NCBI GenBank assembly: GCA_050230475.1
Contig: JBFLGF010000043.1
Span: 1 to 64,000, forward strand
Direction of reading: 5' to 3'
Length of the DNA: 64,000 bases
From: Ancylonema sp.
Lineage: Eukaryota
Shown: one piece after another, positions 1 to 14,134 of the stretch
How positions within the stretch are numbered: position 1 is the first letter of the stretch
Layout of the letters: each line of letters begins with the position of its first letter
Notes under the pieces: generated by a model
The model's input: the letters and a program-made list of their open reading frames with translations, nothing else
What the model was told of the DNA's origin: nothing
The model's database searches: none
Made by a program: the position numbers and the translations under genes

Positions 1-118
1 AGATTGGAAGATTGGAAGATTGGAAGATTGGAAGATTGTAAGATGGGAAGATTGGAAGATGGGAAGATGGGAAGATGGGAAGATGGGAAGATTGGAAGAT
101 GGGAAGGTTGAAAGATTG
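1..118. repeat. 8-bp tandem repeat (GGAAGATT/GGAAGATG)n, truncated by the window edge
   Basis: Visible array 'agattggaagattggaagatt...gggaagatgggaagatg'. Confidence 0.9.
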
Positions 119-473
119 GTTTATTATAAAATTGGGGGGTGGTGTCTCTGGTTGTCTGCGTGTGTGGGAGGGCTACGAAATCGTTTTCAATGTCAACAGT
201 AGGGAAGTTGAAAGGGGCACGAACGGCTGCGGGGGGGATGGTTGAATAGTAATCGCACATAACGAAAAGAGAGAGGGGAGTACGGTTAAGAGAATGGAGT
301 TGGCGGATTGCCTTGATGGTGTCTCACGGGACACCACAGAGCAAGTCGTGTTAGGCAGTGCGCTACGTTGCAAAGAGCATGTACAGTTCGGACGGACGAG
401 CGGGGCCGGATGGGGTGAATGCCGTATGTTTGGTGCATCTGAATCCATCGGTTTTTTGCACAAGAAAGCAATT

Positions 474-630
474 TCTTACTTCATTACTTCAAATCTACTA
501 CAAGGATTATTACTTCATTACTTCAATTCTACTAGAAGGATTATTACTTCATTACTTCAATACTACTACAAGGATTATTACTTCAGTACTTCAATTCTAC
601 GACAAGGATTATTCCTTTATTACAATCTTA
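474..630. repeat. Imperfect ~36-bp minisatellite built from ATTACTTC subunits
   Basis: 'aaggattattacttca(t/g)tacttcaa...ctac' recurs about 4 times. Confidence 0.8.
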
Positions 631-3600
631 CAGCCAACCCCTACCAATTGCTGTCCGTTATGCCCATCACCGGACGGTCACAGGCCTAGCCCGAAGCAAA
701 GGCCTCCCCTTCTCAGCGCGTGTACTGTTGGGTCGAATTTTGTTTGATGTGTTTTCAAAATGCACCCACCTGTACGGCAGTTGCAAAATCATCGGCCTCC
801 TGCTGCCTCCTTCTCCGGCGAAACCACAGGCATACCCAGCCAGCGAAGCTCAAACAGCAGAAGAACACCAGAGTCGAGAGTTGCTCCGCCCCAGCGAATG
901 TGTCCATCCCTGATGCCTTCATGGCGTGCGTCACCACGGCTTCCCGCACCATTTCTACTTCGATAACTCCCAATTCCCCAGACTTCGCTAATTTGTAAGA
1001 CCCCGGCGCAGCAAGTGGATCCGGCGCCTGCCAATGGGAAGACTTGGGCGATGGCACCACTTATGGGCCCTCACGGAGGAATTCACGAGAACCTGCAGAA
1101 CACTCTAACGCTACGACACCATTAAAAAAATGACATGTCTTTCAAACGAGCACTGTTCTGTACATTGCAGAGTTGCCTGTGTGCGTGTCTTTCTTTCTGT
1201 CCAATCTGCGGATACTGCTAGGGGGATGGGCGCCCTTTCTCCCCGTGAGAATAGTCAGCTCCCCGCGAAAGGGGCTGGGTCAGCATCAGGGCGGGTTGGT
1301 TCGCCTGTCCCCCTGGGTAGGGGATTCACCTGATCCCACAGAGTTTGCTGACATGGACACTGGTTTGCGCCTGGCAGAATGGCGCCAGCAGCGCACAGAC
1401 CCCAGATTTCGCGGTTTCTCACCGTATGTGATGACTCAGCACTTTTGCTGCTGACTCCGCATTTTCTGCAGCCTTCCCGGTTCTCCTACCCATTTTTCGG
1501 GGCCCGGGGCAAGAATCGCTCCGATAATCCTTAATCTTCAGTATTTCCACCCCTAAGTCGAGGTAATTTAACATTTTGAATTCAGGATTAATAACAGGCC
1601 GCTGATAATGTGCCCCTAAAATTTCAAGAGTAGGGTTAAATGCACCACCATGGGGGCTATCGGCACTTCGGGAGATTATGACCGTTGTATGATTTCTTAT
1701 AACGTTTCATATAGCCGTTTATGACGTGGAAAATTTCCCAAAACGAGGTGGGTTGATATAAAACTGTTTCCGGACTCGAAGGTAAAATCAATCAACAAGA
1801 TGACGAGCAAATGCGATTTTGAAGGAATTTTGCACTGCAAAACAACGTACGTGTCGCAAATTTTAGTACATTCGTCAAAAAATAATGCATTTACAACTTT
1901 TGATCGGCACGCGTTAACGTGTTTTTATGCGTTTTTATACATATTACTAGTCTCCGATAAACAATACACCAATTTAGCGTGTGATGACTAAAGGTACTTT
2001 GAACATTGTGCAACCCTGGACCCAACTATGGCCTCGACAACGTGGTAGTGCTTTCGAAGATTGCATACCTTTTAAGATCTATCATGAAATATATAAACTT
2101 GCGCGGTTTCCTATCACACAAGTCGTTTGGCGTTCGTACTCGTGTTATGATGTCGAATAGTAGTATAGGAGGTATGTTGATCATACCAATCTCACATTAT
2201 GAGCCTTGGGTGAGCCTGGAGTCTAAAACACCAATTGAGGGCCTTTTTCAAACATACGCGAATCGCGTATTGAACCCGAAAAACATCATGCAAAACACAC
2301 GTATACAGCCCTTTCTTTGTTGCTTTTGTATTGCGTGCCGGGTAATCGTGGTTCAATAGATAGCTTACAACACCATCAAGCGCGTACGAAATATTATTGC
2401 TATTTTAAACCATAGACGTTCGTTTTTCCTTCCGTATAAAACATCAATCCGCCGTTGAGACAAAAACATGTGTCAAGTGATCAATTTGAAGTAGCATCAG
2501 TCCATATATGAATGATTGATGATGTGAACGTAGTCGTCCACGAGCTCCGCGAATTGTGTTTAGTCTCGCTTTGGCTATTCGGTATGATGATGAGCTCAAC
2601 TCATATGTTTTCAACGAACTCTCGAGTATACATGGACACCATAGTCTTTAGCACTACAGATTTATACACGACACACGTTATCGTACCCGCCATAGATGTT
2701 GATCCCAAAATATCCAAACGCATTCATTAAAGTAAATGATCCACTAAAAGATTCATGCAACTTCGTATTCTTTTAATAATTTGACACACTTGATCCCCAG
2801 AGTCTGGAATTATTTTAATGGTCCATTACCCACCCCTAAAGTACCCAATTACAATAAGGGACCCAATGACCGGTAGGGGTGCGTTGTGGTTTCGGCCCGA
2901 TAGCCCTTGTCGTATCGTACCCATTGATTCCCTATTGCCGCATCATCACTCAAATCAACGTGGAATCACTAAGTATTGTCATGTGCGTAATTCGATATTG
3001 GGATATGGAAGTTAATGCATTGTATATGGATGTCATTGAATTTGAAGTACGTCAAAAAAATCAGATTTGCATAATAACACACCCACACGTACTACAAGCG
3101 CCACCATTCATGACTACGCACGAAAGATAGAATGGAGGATTTGAAATTCCACTATTGTCAAGCATAATCACTTATTTGAGTTGCAACCAAACAACATCGA
3201 ACATAGCATTCTCTCAACTTGCATGATTGACCGGGAACATGACGTTGAAATCAAAAAAACGGATTACGCTAGTGGAGCAATGCAATAATACGTCACAACG
3301 TCTCGTTTGCGTGATTACCCACTTACCGCTTCCCAATTGCTGCATCCTGAGTGTGATCATTATGGGATCGGTCATTCATGCATTGTCATATGCATGCATC
3401 GATATTGTGATGCGGAAGTGTTTGCGTGTAGTGTTTTCAAATGTCATGGAACTCAATGTCCGGCAACAAATGTTGTATGAGTGAGATGACATACAACATG
3501 CCAATTTTAGAATGATGGTCCACCATTTTCATGTTTTTTTATTGGCACGCGATCAAGGCGGCAAAAATTGAGTTAAATTTTGATGATCCGATCCAACCTA

Positions 3601-3785
3601 TTCCAAATTAATTTCAGATCATCATCTCTGGCGGGTACGGGTACCTTCAGTTTTTAGATATTTAGGGGTGACCTCTGATTTAGTTACGATTTAAGTGATT
3701 TAGCCGTGAGAAGGCAAATCGTGGCCTGAATTTTCCATCGCTCTTCGAGATGACGACCGGCTGACATTCCAGTACTTCTGCAATC

Positions 3786-4886
3786 TAGGGTTGGCGACAC
3801 CGCCCTACCGCCCTACTCCCTACCGTTTCACCGCGGTAGCTACCGCGGTACCTACCGATGCTCAAATATGCAGTAGGTAGAGTTTGCGACACCGCCCTAC
3901 CGCCCTACTCCCTACTGTTTCACCGCGGTAGCTACCGCGGTAGCTACCGATGCTCAAATATGCAGTAGGGGGTAGGGAAATTAGCCCACCCGCGGTCGGC
4001 TCGGTAGGGGGTAGGGCGGTAGGAAATAATCGGTAGGGAACGGTAGGGAACGGTAGGGATCGGTAGGGAACGGTAGGGAACAGTAGGGAATCGAATATTT
4101 CCGATACTTTTTTTTTTTTTGTTGCAAATTATATCTTTGACTTTACGCTGGAAAAAAAAAACCCTACCGTTTCCTACCGCTCCCTACCGTGTCCCTACCG
4201 ATTTCCCTACTTCCTGCCGCCGCCCTACCCCTGACCGATGCCCAGCCGGCATGTGTCGTTATATCGAGGTGTCGTTATACACTATATAACGACATTTACC
4301 ACTAGAATCTGATATCTATGTCGTTGTATCGAGGGACCTTGCGAATGAAGAAAAGTGAATAAGCAAATGTGTTTATCGTGTGTTTCCTAGAGTAAGTTGC
4401 CTTGGCATGATGATTAAATTCAACGTTTGTATTGATATACGAGCTATACAAGTGTGCGTTATGATACCAATACATGCGGATGGACAAAATATACCACAAA
4501 ATTTTACGAGGAGATTTGGGGAGGTATTAAGGTTGTTACAAAGCAACATTGGACACGCACATTTCGTTGGACCTAGATAGAATTCTAGACAGAATTGGGG
4601 TGCCGTTCTATATTTTTATCGATTTCCATACATCGTTATCTGCGAGCAATGGCGTTATATGCAGAGTATAACGACATTCAGTAACATTTTTTGGATTTTT
4701 TTGGTCATTATATAGAGTGTCGTTATGCTCATATCGAGGGCGATTTCATATTGATTTCAAAAAAGTTCAAAAAAGCTGTCGTTATACCGAGGTTGTCGGT
4801 ATATCGAGGGTCGTGATATCGAGGGAGCACTGTACAGTGGTAGAAACCCCCTACCGCGGGCCGAAAATGCGGTGTCACCAACCCTA
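3786..4886. mobile_element. Non-autonomous hAT-like DNA transposon (TAGGG TIRs) containing a nested element
   Basis: Left TIR tagggttggcgacaccgc (3786) matches right gcggtgtcaccaacccta (ends 4886). Subterminal ccctaccg/cggtaggg arrays. TSD degenerate (ctgcaatc vs cttgcgat). Confidence 0.75.
4254..4832 (-). mobile_element. Truncated Tc1/mariner (pogo-like) non-autonomous element, inverted copy of the 11921-12761 family
   Basis: Terminus gatatcgagggagcactg followed by TA (4833-4834). Internal sequence is the reverse-complement homologue of 11921-12720, with an internal deletion. Confidence 0.8.
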
Positions 4887-5069
4887 CTTGCGATCCCGCC
4901 AAAATTGACTTCGTTTTTACGACAACCTTGATATAACGACACACTTTTTTGGAGCTTCTTTCTACAACACCCGCTCCGTCGCTCGGTAGGGCTTAAGAAT
5001 CTAGGCGAGCCCCAGCAGGTCTTCCATAGTGTGGAGTTGTCCAGCTGGGAAGGCGTCTGACTGTATGCG

Positions 5070-8000
5070 ATGGGAGATTTTGACGAGTATGACTACCTAG
5101 AGAAGAGCGTCGAGCAGGGCGATGAGAAAGTGGCGGATGTGACCGGAGAAGGCGAGAGAGAAAAAGTGGGTGATGAGGAGCGTCGCAGTTCTAGGAAGGA
5201 GGCGGACGATGAACTCGAGCATCGCAGCAAGCGTAGTAAAGGCGAAGATAGAGATCGTCGTGATCGTGACCGCGATCGTGACCGTGATAGGGACAGGGAG
5301 AGGGATAGAGGAGGCCGGGACAGGGATAGAGATCGAGATAGGGAGAGGCCTCGCGAGCGTGAACGGGCAAGGGAGCGTGATGTAGATGGAGATCGAGGAC
5401 GGCATAGGGACAAAGATGTGGACAGAGAACGCAGGTATGAATGGTCGTATCTACTGAAGGTCGCCTCGAGGTGCTTTCCTTGTCCGGGACAACAGACGCA
5501 TTCATGCTCCGTCGTGGTTCACGGTGGCTGTTCCAGACATTCTCGGGAGAAGCAACACAAGGAGAAGAAAGAGGAGCCGACGGAACCGGAAGCTGATCCT
5601 GAGCGTGATCAGCGTACTGTCTTCGCCTACCAGGTCGCTGCTTGGGCTTTTATGTTCATACAAGCTTCGACAACTTCTGAATCAACTCTGCCGCGTCATT
5701 GCAGATAAACCTCAAGGCCGACGAGCGCGATGTCTACGAGTTTTTCTCTCGAGCTGGGAAGGTATTTCGTCTTCCCTTCCCTTTCGCACTGCCTCTCTCA
5801 TCAACCATGTCAGTCTCACCTCGCCTTCTTCCCATGCCCCAGGTGCGGGACGTGCGACTTATCATGGACCGCAACTCAAGGCGATCCAAGGGTGTCGGGT
5901 ACGCTGACACGTCACTGCGACCTCGCCCGTATCTATATGTCACCTCCTGCACTCCCACCCTCATTCCTACTCCGTCCTGTGCAGATACATTGAATTCTAC
6001 GACGTCATGTCCGTGCCCATGGCCATCACTCTGTCCGGCCAACTCCTCCTAGGCCAGCCTGTGATGGTGAAGCCGTCCGAAGCAGAAAAGAATCTCGTGC
6101 AGGCCACCCCCATGCCGCTGCTGGCTGGTCTGCCTGGGTTGGCGGGAGGGGGCCTGTTCATGGGGCCCTACTCAGGCGGAGCACGTCGCCTGTACGTTGG
6201 CAACCTGCATGTGAACATGAACGAGTCGGAGCTGAGGCAGGTGTTCGAGCCGTTTGGTCCGGTAGAACTCGTGCAGCTGCCGGTCGACCCGGAGACGAAC
6301 CAGTGCAAGGGGTTTGGTTTTGTGCAGGTACAAGGCCAGGGAAGGGCAAGGGGAACCTTGATATTATAAAGCAAGAGAGTATCCATGAAATGTTTATATA
6401 AAATGATATACTTATGATAAATCATATTCAAATCCGAAGGAAACAAATGGTTCCTCATTGCGAATAGGGGATTGGGAGGTTTTTTAATCGGGGATTTACT
6501 GTACACAAGGCCTGGAAATGAAGCTGGCCTGAGAAGGAGTCACATTTCCCATCCTCCATCTTTGCTCCCTGTATCCTCACTCCGTTCACCACCGACATTT
6601 CTGTGGTTGCAGTATAACCGCCTCGAAGATGCCCGGGCAGCCCAGCAGAGCCTGAATAATCTGGAGTTGGCAGGGAGGCCCCTCAAGGTAAACCCAGAAC
6701 CCTGGACAGCAAGGTACCCGCTAGTGAGTACTGATTCTTAGTCCATTCCTTGTGCAGGTATCGGCGGTATCCGATCAGACCCCCATTGCGGAGATGGGGG
6801 AGCCCGTGAAGCCAGGGGAGCTGGATGATGACGAGGGGGGGGGACTGGTAACGCCCGGGGGGGACCCTTACCTGGGGGCGGGGGGCCTCGGTTTTTTTTC
6901 AGGTGGTTCTGACACAGAAAATCGATACCCGTACCCGGGGTGTTGGGTGCAGGCGTTGAACGCTCGCTCTCGTGCGGAGCTGATGCAGAAGCTGGACCGA
7001 AGTGGTATCGCCCCCGCGTAAGCGCCCCGCCCTCACGCTTACCAGGAGCCTCTCGAACAAGGCGCTGACAGGACTCATGGGGGGGGGTTGGGTTCGGGTT
7101 TGGGTTTTGGTGACGTCAGCGCGAATGTGCCTGCCCTCCCAGGCATGGGCTCCCCGAGTCTGGGGATGTTGGCAGCGATGATGAGGCCAGGGGGGCTGGG
7201 AGGCCTCCCTGGAATGGCTGGCCTCCCCGGCATGGTGGGCATGAGTGGGATGCTCCCAGGGACCACATTGGCGGGGGTGGGAGGGACCGTGCCTGGGGAA
7301 GTGGTGGGAACGCCCAGTGAATGTCTGCTGCTCAAAAACATGTTTGACCCTGCGTCGGAGGTGGGGGATGGGTGGGAGGGATGGGAGGAGGGTGGGAGAG
7401 CCTAGCGGGGTTGGGGTTTAGCGGGGGGGGGGGATTGTTTTGGTGTGCTCAGGTGGAGCCTGAGTTTGAGCTGGACATCAAAGAGGACGTCCAGGAGGAG
7501 TGCTCCAAGTTTGGGACTGTGGAGCACATACACGTGGATGGGTACGGAAGGCACTTACTCTCCTACCTCCTATCTCCTATCCCCTATCCCTTGTTTCGTA
7601 TGTCGTCAGGGTTTAGGGTTCAAGGTCCAGTCCATCCAGCCCCTTTTTGGATTGCTTGTGGTGGTTGGGAGGTGGCGAGGCTGATGGGTCAGCCGTGATG
7701 TCATCCTTTCAGGACCTCTGGGGGAGTTTAGCTGTGGGGCTTCACCACCGACAGATCACAGATGACAATGACATCACTCCCTACCTCCTCATCATCATCA
7801 CATGCCTTCCTCTCATGTTGCCATGCATCCCGTCGTGGCCTTGACTGTCATGCTCACTCCTTGATAGGGATCGCGTACATCGCACTATGCGGTGCATTGT
7901 ATCGGAGAACGGTTCTGTGGGCAGGATGTTCTGAATGATGTCGTTGTCGTAGGTTTAGTTGTTGTGGCACTCTTGGGTCGCTCGAATGCTTATTGCAACC

Positions 8001-8794
8001 CACACAGGTAAGGGGGGGAAGTGGCAGAGGAAAGGTTCGCTACAGACAGGTTCTGTGGATCTGTGGATCCGACAGATGTTTCTAGAAGCTTCGGTCAATT
8101 TGTCCCACAGTTTTGTCGGTCATGGTACCATGGGTAGGGAGGGACCTGATGATACCGTCGACGTGGGGGGGTGGGTTTGTGTCCATAGCAAGAGTGCAGG
8201 CCACGTGTACATCAAGTTTGCCACCCTGCTCGCCGCGTCAGCAGCGCAGCAAGCGCTTCATGGAAGATGGTTTGCGGGGAAAACCATCAGTGCAACGTAC
8301 TTGGTACGATCAGATCTCGATAGAGTGGCAATTGTTGTATTTATAACGAGGTCTTATCTGGTGGAAGGTGGTACCATGCAATCGATTTTCTGTATGAACT
8401 GACGCCGTAGTTATGCAGTACTCGGGATATTCGGGACTATCCTATGCCCCCAAAATCGTTTGATGACATGATATCACAAAGAAGTGTCCAAATGATATTT
8501 GGTGGGTTTTTTTGGCTTCTTTTGGTTTTGTTTGGTTTTTTTTGGCCTTTTCCGGCTGACTTTGGTATTCCTACTCTCGTTGTGTGCCTTTGCTTGGCCA
8601 TGCCCTGCTGCCAGGGTTGTAACCTGACGAATTCTGGATCAGAAATCTGGACCAGATTCGGATTCATACGAGATGGATGTTGGAACAGGATGGGAGAGTA
8701 ATAGTATCCAGCTTATGGTTCACCCGTGTGTGTCTTGTCATATTTTTGTGTGCAGACCCAAGATGCGTACAGGGCCAAGTTCCCGAGCAGTTAG
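5070..8794 (+). CDS. RBM39: RBM39/CAPER (CC1-like) splicing factor: RD/RS region, 2 RRMs and a UHM; 12 exons
   Basis: Exons ~5070-5434, 5537-5633, 5705-5761, 5843-5898, 5985-6327, 6613-6687, 6758-6847, 6953-7017, 7120-7360, 7453-7541, 8189-8303, 8756-8794, all GT-AG. Motifs ERDQRTVFAYQ, RRLYVGNLH, CLLLKNMFDP, ALHGRWFAGK and C-terminal YRAKFP. Confidence 0.92.
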
Positions 8795-10219
8795 AGACCC
8801 CTCCAAGAAGAAGAAAAAAAAAAAAAAAACGCGTGGGAGAGAGCGATGGGACGAGGGCTTGTTTTTTTACCGTGGGGTTGATTGAGTGGAGGCTGCAGAT
8901 GAGGAAGGACGTCATAGCTTTGGAGATGCGGTAGAGTTGCGGTGGTGGTTGCAGGCAGGCACGGGAATGAGGGGAGGGTTGGATAACGGGTTTACAACAC
9001 AGGGCCAGGTGGCATGTGGTAAGTGCCCAGTAGAAGTAGGAGAGATAAAATGATGGAGGTAGAGGGAGAGGTGGAGTAGGAGTAGTAGTGGTCGGGGTCG
9101 CGAGATTTTTCGATTGTTGGTGTTAATAAGGGGATATAATGAGGCGGAGACCTTGTTGGTAACAGGGTAAAATGTGTCGTACGAATGAAACTTTGAGAAA
9201 TGGCAAACGCTTGATACTATCACTCGTTGTTGGTGCTGTCCTTGGCAGTGCGAATGTGCACCATGCTAGCTGGGCATCAATCTGCCGCGAGATTGGGCCT
9301 TGTCGCTGAAGACTGAGTTTACTGAAGTGATGTGTTGTTATTGTCGTTTTCATGATATTTATGTTGTTGCCCTATAAGAATGCAAAATATGTCATAACAA
9401 GCAAATAATCCGAAAATGACCCTCAAAAGAAGAGATAGATTCACTAAAATGTTAGCATTGTTAGCATTGGCTTAGGAAACAACGAATGTTTAACCGTAGC
9501 GGGCACTGTCGGTTCTCTAGTGGCGTGAATTCTACATTCAACATTTATAATCGATGCCTGAAGCGTAAAACAACAAATATCCGCACACGGTGGAAGGAGG
9601 TGGCGGTGATGGTTATTAGTACATTTAATAAATCCTCACTGTTGCAAGGGTAATTAGTGACGTTGCAGATGCTATCCTTGCTTTATTAACTTTGGCGCCT
9701 TCAGCTTTAAGAGAAGACTCATCCTAATGCTGATTTGTAGCTAACGTCACAAATTCATTCCAAAGGGGTCTTGATGAGCTCTACATATGCCCCTCCCCTC
9801 CTAGAATGTCTTATATCCTCTCCCCATTTTTTGGTATCTGTACGGATGCTAGGCTGCACACACACATGATGCATGTTCAATATAATTTACCCTCCAACCT
9901 CGTGCAATGCTCGTTCAGTGTAAGGGATGTACGTGACGCGATGGTGTCGTGATGTGGAACATAGGCATTGACAAAATGTATATTTACGAAGATCAAAGTT
10001 GGCAAAATGACTTTTGTGAGTTGGCAATCGGTTGTTAGATGTTCAAAGTTGAAGGTAGTTATAACCCACTCTCAAGGAAAGAGGCATGTAGGAAAACTCG
10101 ATCTCAAAAAAAAAAAACAATGAAATCCATCAATGTATGTTGGAAATACAAATCCGCATCCATCCTGTCTTTCTTAGTGTTCTCTCGTCGCTAGCAATGA
10201 CTAACCAAGCATTTGACAC

Positions 10220-10335
10220 CATAGTTGGTCCCCGAGCCGGCAATTCTGCGAGCCGGCTCGGATCCGGGCTCGCAAAATCCGGGAGCGGAGCAAGACCCAG
10301 GGAACAAGGAAAAGGGGGGGGGGGGGGGGGGACTT
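10220..10335. mobile_element. Orphan terminus of a CATAG-type (hAT-like) MITE
   Basis: catagttggt start followed by gagccgg/ccggctc subterminal repeats; no partner TIR nearby. Confidence 0.35.
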
Positions 10336-11169
10336 GATTTTGGGCTCAAAATGGTCGCATCTAAATGTTACACACGAAGTTTTAAAAAGCACTGAAAAGT
10401 AGCCTTCGATAAGTCGTATATAGTCTCCGTATGTATTCGTTGGAATGCATTATACCATGTTATTTATCGCATTCTTCGATGCGATTTGCGAGGTGCTTAT
10501 GCGGACTTGATTAACAAATATAAGAGGAGAGAACAAAATAGGATGGCATACCATTACAAACCATTGTAATGGTCGAGTGAAATAAACTTTAGAACGGACC
10601 TGATACAATAGAATCAAAACATAGTCGCCATCCGTTCTATGGTCGCCACATGTAAAGAACAAAAAATATAAGAATAAATGTTAGTTGTCAATGTTTCGTG
10701 TAAAAAATTGCGTGTAATCAATTCGTAGTGGCGAATTTAATTGCTATGTCCGGGACGTAGTGCCCGAAGTAATTAATAGCTTGGTGGGGGAGGATTTGTA
10801 CTTAGTCGCATTTCAATGTTTCGCTTTTGCCAGGCGGGTCGCAACTGCGAGCTGGTTCGGATATGGTTTGTATTCATTGAGCTCCAGCCACACCAACCTA
10901 CCTTCGCGCCCTACGTTTGGGCGTAGGCGAGAGCTCGCTTCATCTCCAGTTTCGTCATTGTCATGGTCTCTGGCTCCACATTGATTTCTTACCAAAATTC
11001 TTCTTCCAGACAATAGGGCACGTAAGCGATAGCCGGCACGGTAAAGTGACGAAAAGTGTGGCAAAACACGTCAACCTCATGTTCATTTTCCAGATAGGGG
11101 CGAAAAAATACTTCAAACTTTTTATACTTATGTGGGCTAGTCACGGTTTTCATGGCGCAGTTCGTGCTC

Positions 11170-11535
11170 ACTCATTCCGGCCACCTGCCCGCAATTGCGC
11201 CGAAGGTACATGCCCAACGCCCACCGTCTTCAAACAACAAATGAGCTAGCTAATTTGAGCCCGTATGAGTTCGTTTCACGAGTAGGGTGGGCACCTCGCC
11301 GTCCGGCCGCCGGTCGGCCGGCCGCCATTTCAGCAGACCTCCTTCCGCCCGGGTTTCCACCACCAGCCCGCAATTGCGCCGTCCGGCCGTCCGAACGTCA
11401 TCCGCCGTCCGACCGCGCCCCGACCGCCCCCCCGCCGTTGGTTTAGGCTAGAATCGCGAGCGGGCGGCGGTCGGAACGGCCGGGTGGCGGTCGGAGGCGG
11501 TCGGACGGCGGTCGGAGTTCAGTTGAATGAAGCCT
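11170..11535. repeat. GC-rich MITE-like remnant, related in inverted orientation to 14135-14310
   Basis: Shared core ccgggtttcc.ccacc...ccgc.att.cgccgtcc.gccg; internal ccgacc/ggtcgg inverted motifs. Confidence 0.5.
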
Positions 11536-11920
11536 TGAGGCGGTTAGCATTGACTGAAGTAGTTTCTTTCAGTTTATTTAGTTTTTATATACTTTCTCAT
11601 CGCTTTGGTAACATGTTCGCATTAACTTTTTTGTGCCCATTGTAGTTGGAAGGCGGTGATGTGCAATATTGAAGTCAATATTTCTCTAAACTCGGATTTC
11701 CAAAGTTTGCCTCCTAAGGTGCAATCGTTGCCATTTTTACAAGTGCAAATCATAACGCCATGCGAAACTAAAAACGGAAAAAATGTATTTGGCTACACGC
11801 ACAATAAATAGTTCACTTTCTCCATCCTATAAACTACAAGTTGTAGTACATAACACTTATGGACAATAAGTTATGGGTAAAAATAATTATCTACGCCGCG
11901 ATGTTTCCACGATGATAGTA

Positions 11921-12761
11921 CAGTGCTCCGTCGATATAACGACCCTCTTTGTAGCGACAACCTCGATTTAACGACAGTTTTTTGGAACTTTTTTAAAATC
12001 TATATGAAATCGCCCTCGATATAAGCATAACGACACTCTATATAATGACAAATTGTTTTAGATATTTGTTAATGAATGTCGTTATAGTGTGTATATAACG
12101 ATATTAGTCGCAGATAACGATGTATGGAAATCGAGAAAAAACTAGAAACCTCATGAACGACACCTCAAATTATTTACAACGTGTTCTAGTTGTTTCCAGA
12201 TATCATATCAAGAGGACGCCGCCTCTGTCCTCCTCGGATGGTCCAGATTTAAGCTCTTGTATATGTAGCAGCAGTTCCTCGTGGGTTGCGAAGCACTCAC
12301 AAGTTACACTCATTCAATGTTAACGTTAACAACTGTTAAAAAATGCCCAAGTTGTTCATTGTTCCAATCGTCCACTGCTTCTACTCCATGTCCAACAAAA
12401 AGTGCGTGTCCGGTGTTGCTTTGTAACAACCTTAATAGCTTCCCAACTCTCCTCGTAAAGTTTTGTGGTATATTTTGTCCATCCGCATGTATTGGTATCA
12501 TGACGCACTTGTATAGCTCGTATATCAACACACACACACACACACACACTGAATTGGATAATCATGCCAAGGCAACTTACTCTAGGAAACACATAATAAA
12601 CACATTTGCTTATTCACTTTGCTTCATTCGCAAAGTCCCTCGATACAAGGACAAAGATTTCAGATTATAATAGTAAATGTCGTTACACAGTGTATAACGA
12701 CACCTCGGTATAACGACACTTTATTGGGGGGACAAAAAGTCGTTATATCGAGGGAGCAATG
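11921..12761 (+). mobile_element. Complete non-autonomous Tc1/mariner (pogo/Tigger-like) element
   Basis: TIRs cagtgctccgtcgatataacgac / gtcgttatatcgagggagcaatg; TA on both sides (11919-20, 12762-63). Confidence 0.85.
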
Positions 12762-12880
12762 TATTGTCAATCACTTATTTGTAACTACATTATTTATGCA
12801 AATCGGTTCCAAATGCCAACCGGTTGAGTATAATATTTGTTTCAAATGAAAATAAACATGTTGATTCGCAATACACGGAA

Positions 12881-13999
12881 TCAGTGATGTACCGGGACGA
12901 CAAATATGTATGCAAGCGACGTATTCCAAACGCGTACGTACGGAATACGTGCGTACGGCGAAAGCTGCAAACGGCGTTTGCAAATGCACATGATTTGAAA
13001 ACTTTCGAATTTGCAGATGTTCGGCAAATGTCAGCATCGTATTTCTTTATTATATCGGTAGTACCGTACCAGCCAGAGATAACGCGCCAGCAAATCGGAA
13101 AATTGATTATTAATAGTAGGCTCCAAACAGTTGCGCCAGCCAAAGTTGAATTAATTAGTACGCGCCAAGAGTGTGCGCTAGGCAAATTTTAATTGATAAA
13201 AATGATCTAAAAAATAGTTGCGCCATGTGTTTTCCTTATTAATTAATATGATCCAATCCAACTTGCGCCATTATATAGGGACATGATGGAGCTTTCAACC
13301 CTTGGGTTCTGGGCTCCTCGATCCCAGCGACCTTCCAAAATGGGCGAAAGACCGCTTTCCGTACACGCGCCCGGGGTTCCGCAGCTCGAAGCCCGCGGGC
13401 GTGAAGCTATTCTTCATTACAAGCACCTCTCGACATTATAACTATTAAAATTTAATTTTCGATGTGAGATCAGAATATTCGCTAAATTATGTTGTTGCGA
13501 CAAAATTTATTCGATTTTAATTATTTATTTGCGCCAATAGAGTGCGCCGACGTGGTCAAAATAATTAATTTAGTACGCGCCAAAAACGTGTGCGCCAGGC
13601 AAAATGGTAATTATTTTTTTGGCGCGTTATCTTTGGCTAGTACGGTACACTTCCGGTAAGTGAAGTATGAAATTTTGTAAGACTCGTCATCATTGGTTCA
13701 TGACGTTCACCATTAAAACGTAACCAATATTTTGTGAAACTTTACAAACTGAAAAAAAAAGAAGCTATCGCATCCGTACACGTTTGCCGCATTTCACGGA
13801 CGCATTTCAAGCGTTAGTAGTCGCAAACGTTTGCATCCGTTCAGTCCGTACACGTTTGCCGCATTCCACGGACGTATTCCGGATGTTTGCGAGCAAATCC
13901 GTACGACGTTTGCATTTTCTAGGGACGACAGATTGCTTTCGGACCCGTGCGGAAAACGTGCCGTACGGACTACGGGCCCCGTCCAGGTGCATCATCTGA
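12881..13999. mobile_element. Degenerate TIR element hosting a nested MITE
   Basis: Left tcagtgatgtaccgggacg resembles the reverse complement of right cgtccaggtgcatcatctga; subterminal cgtacgg/ccgtac repeats. Confidence 0.5.
13064..13645. mobile_element. Tc1/mariner-type MITE (CCGTA TIRs, TA TSD)
   Basis: TIRs ccgtaccagccagagataacgcgcc / ggcgcgttatctttggctagtacgg; TA at 13062-63 and 13646-47. Confidence 0.85.
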
Positions 14000-14134
14000 G
14001 GGGATCACAAATCAGCATTCACAATCGCGAAAACCGAGAGTGTACAATACTTGTATGACTTATGCGGACCTATCATTGATATATAATGTGTTCCATTATG
14101 TTTTAAGAAACGCCTCTGTTTTTTTTTCCCCCCA

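Noticed and set aside
474..630. Regularly spaced ~36-bp repeats resembling a CRISPR array
   Set aside because: No unique spacers, no cas genes, eukaryotic context; simple minisatellite
755..1060. Minus-strand ORF with a TM segment, RRRRR and a possible GT donor (first exon of a gene?)
   Set aside because: Could not build an open spliced continuation or recognise a family
1800..3700. AT-rich block with many short ORFs, possibly a decayed TE coding region
   Set aside because: No convincing motif or termini found by eye
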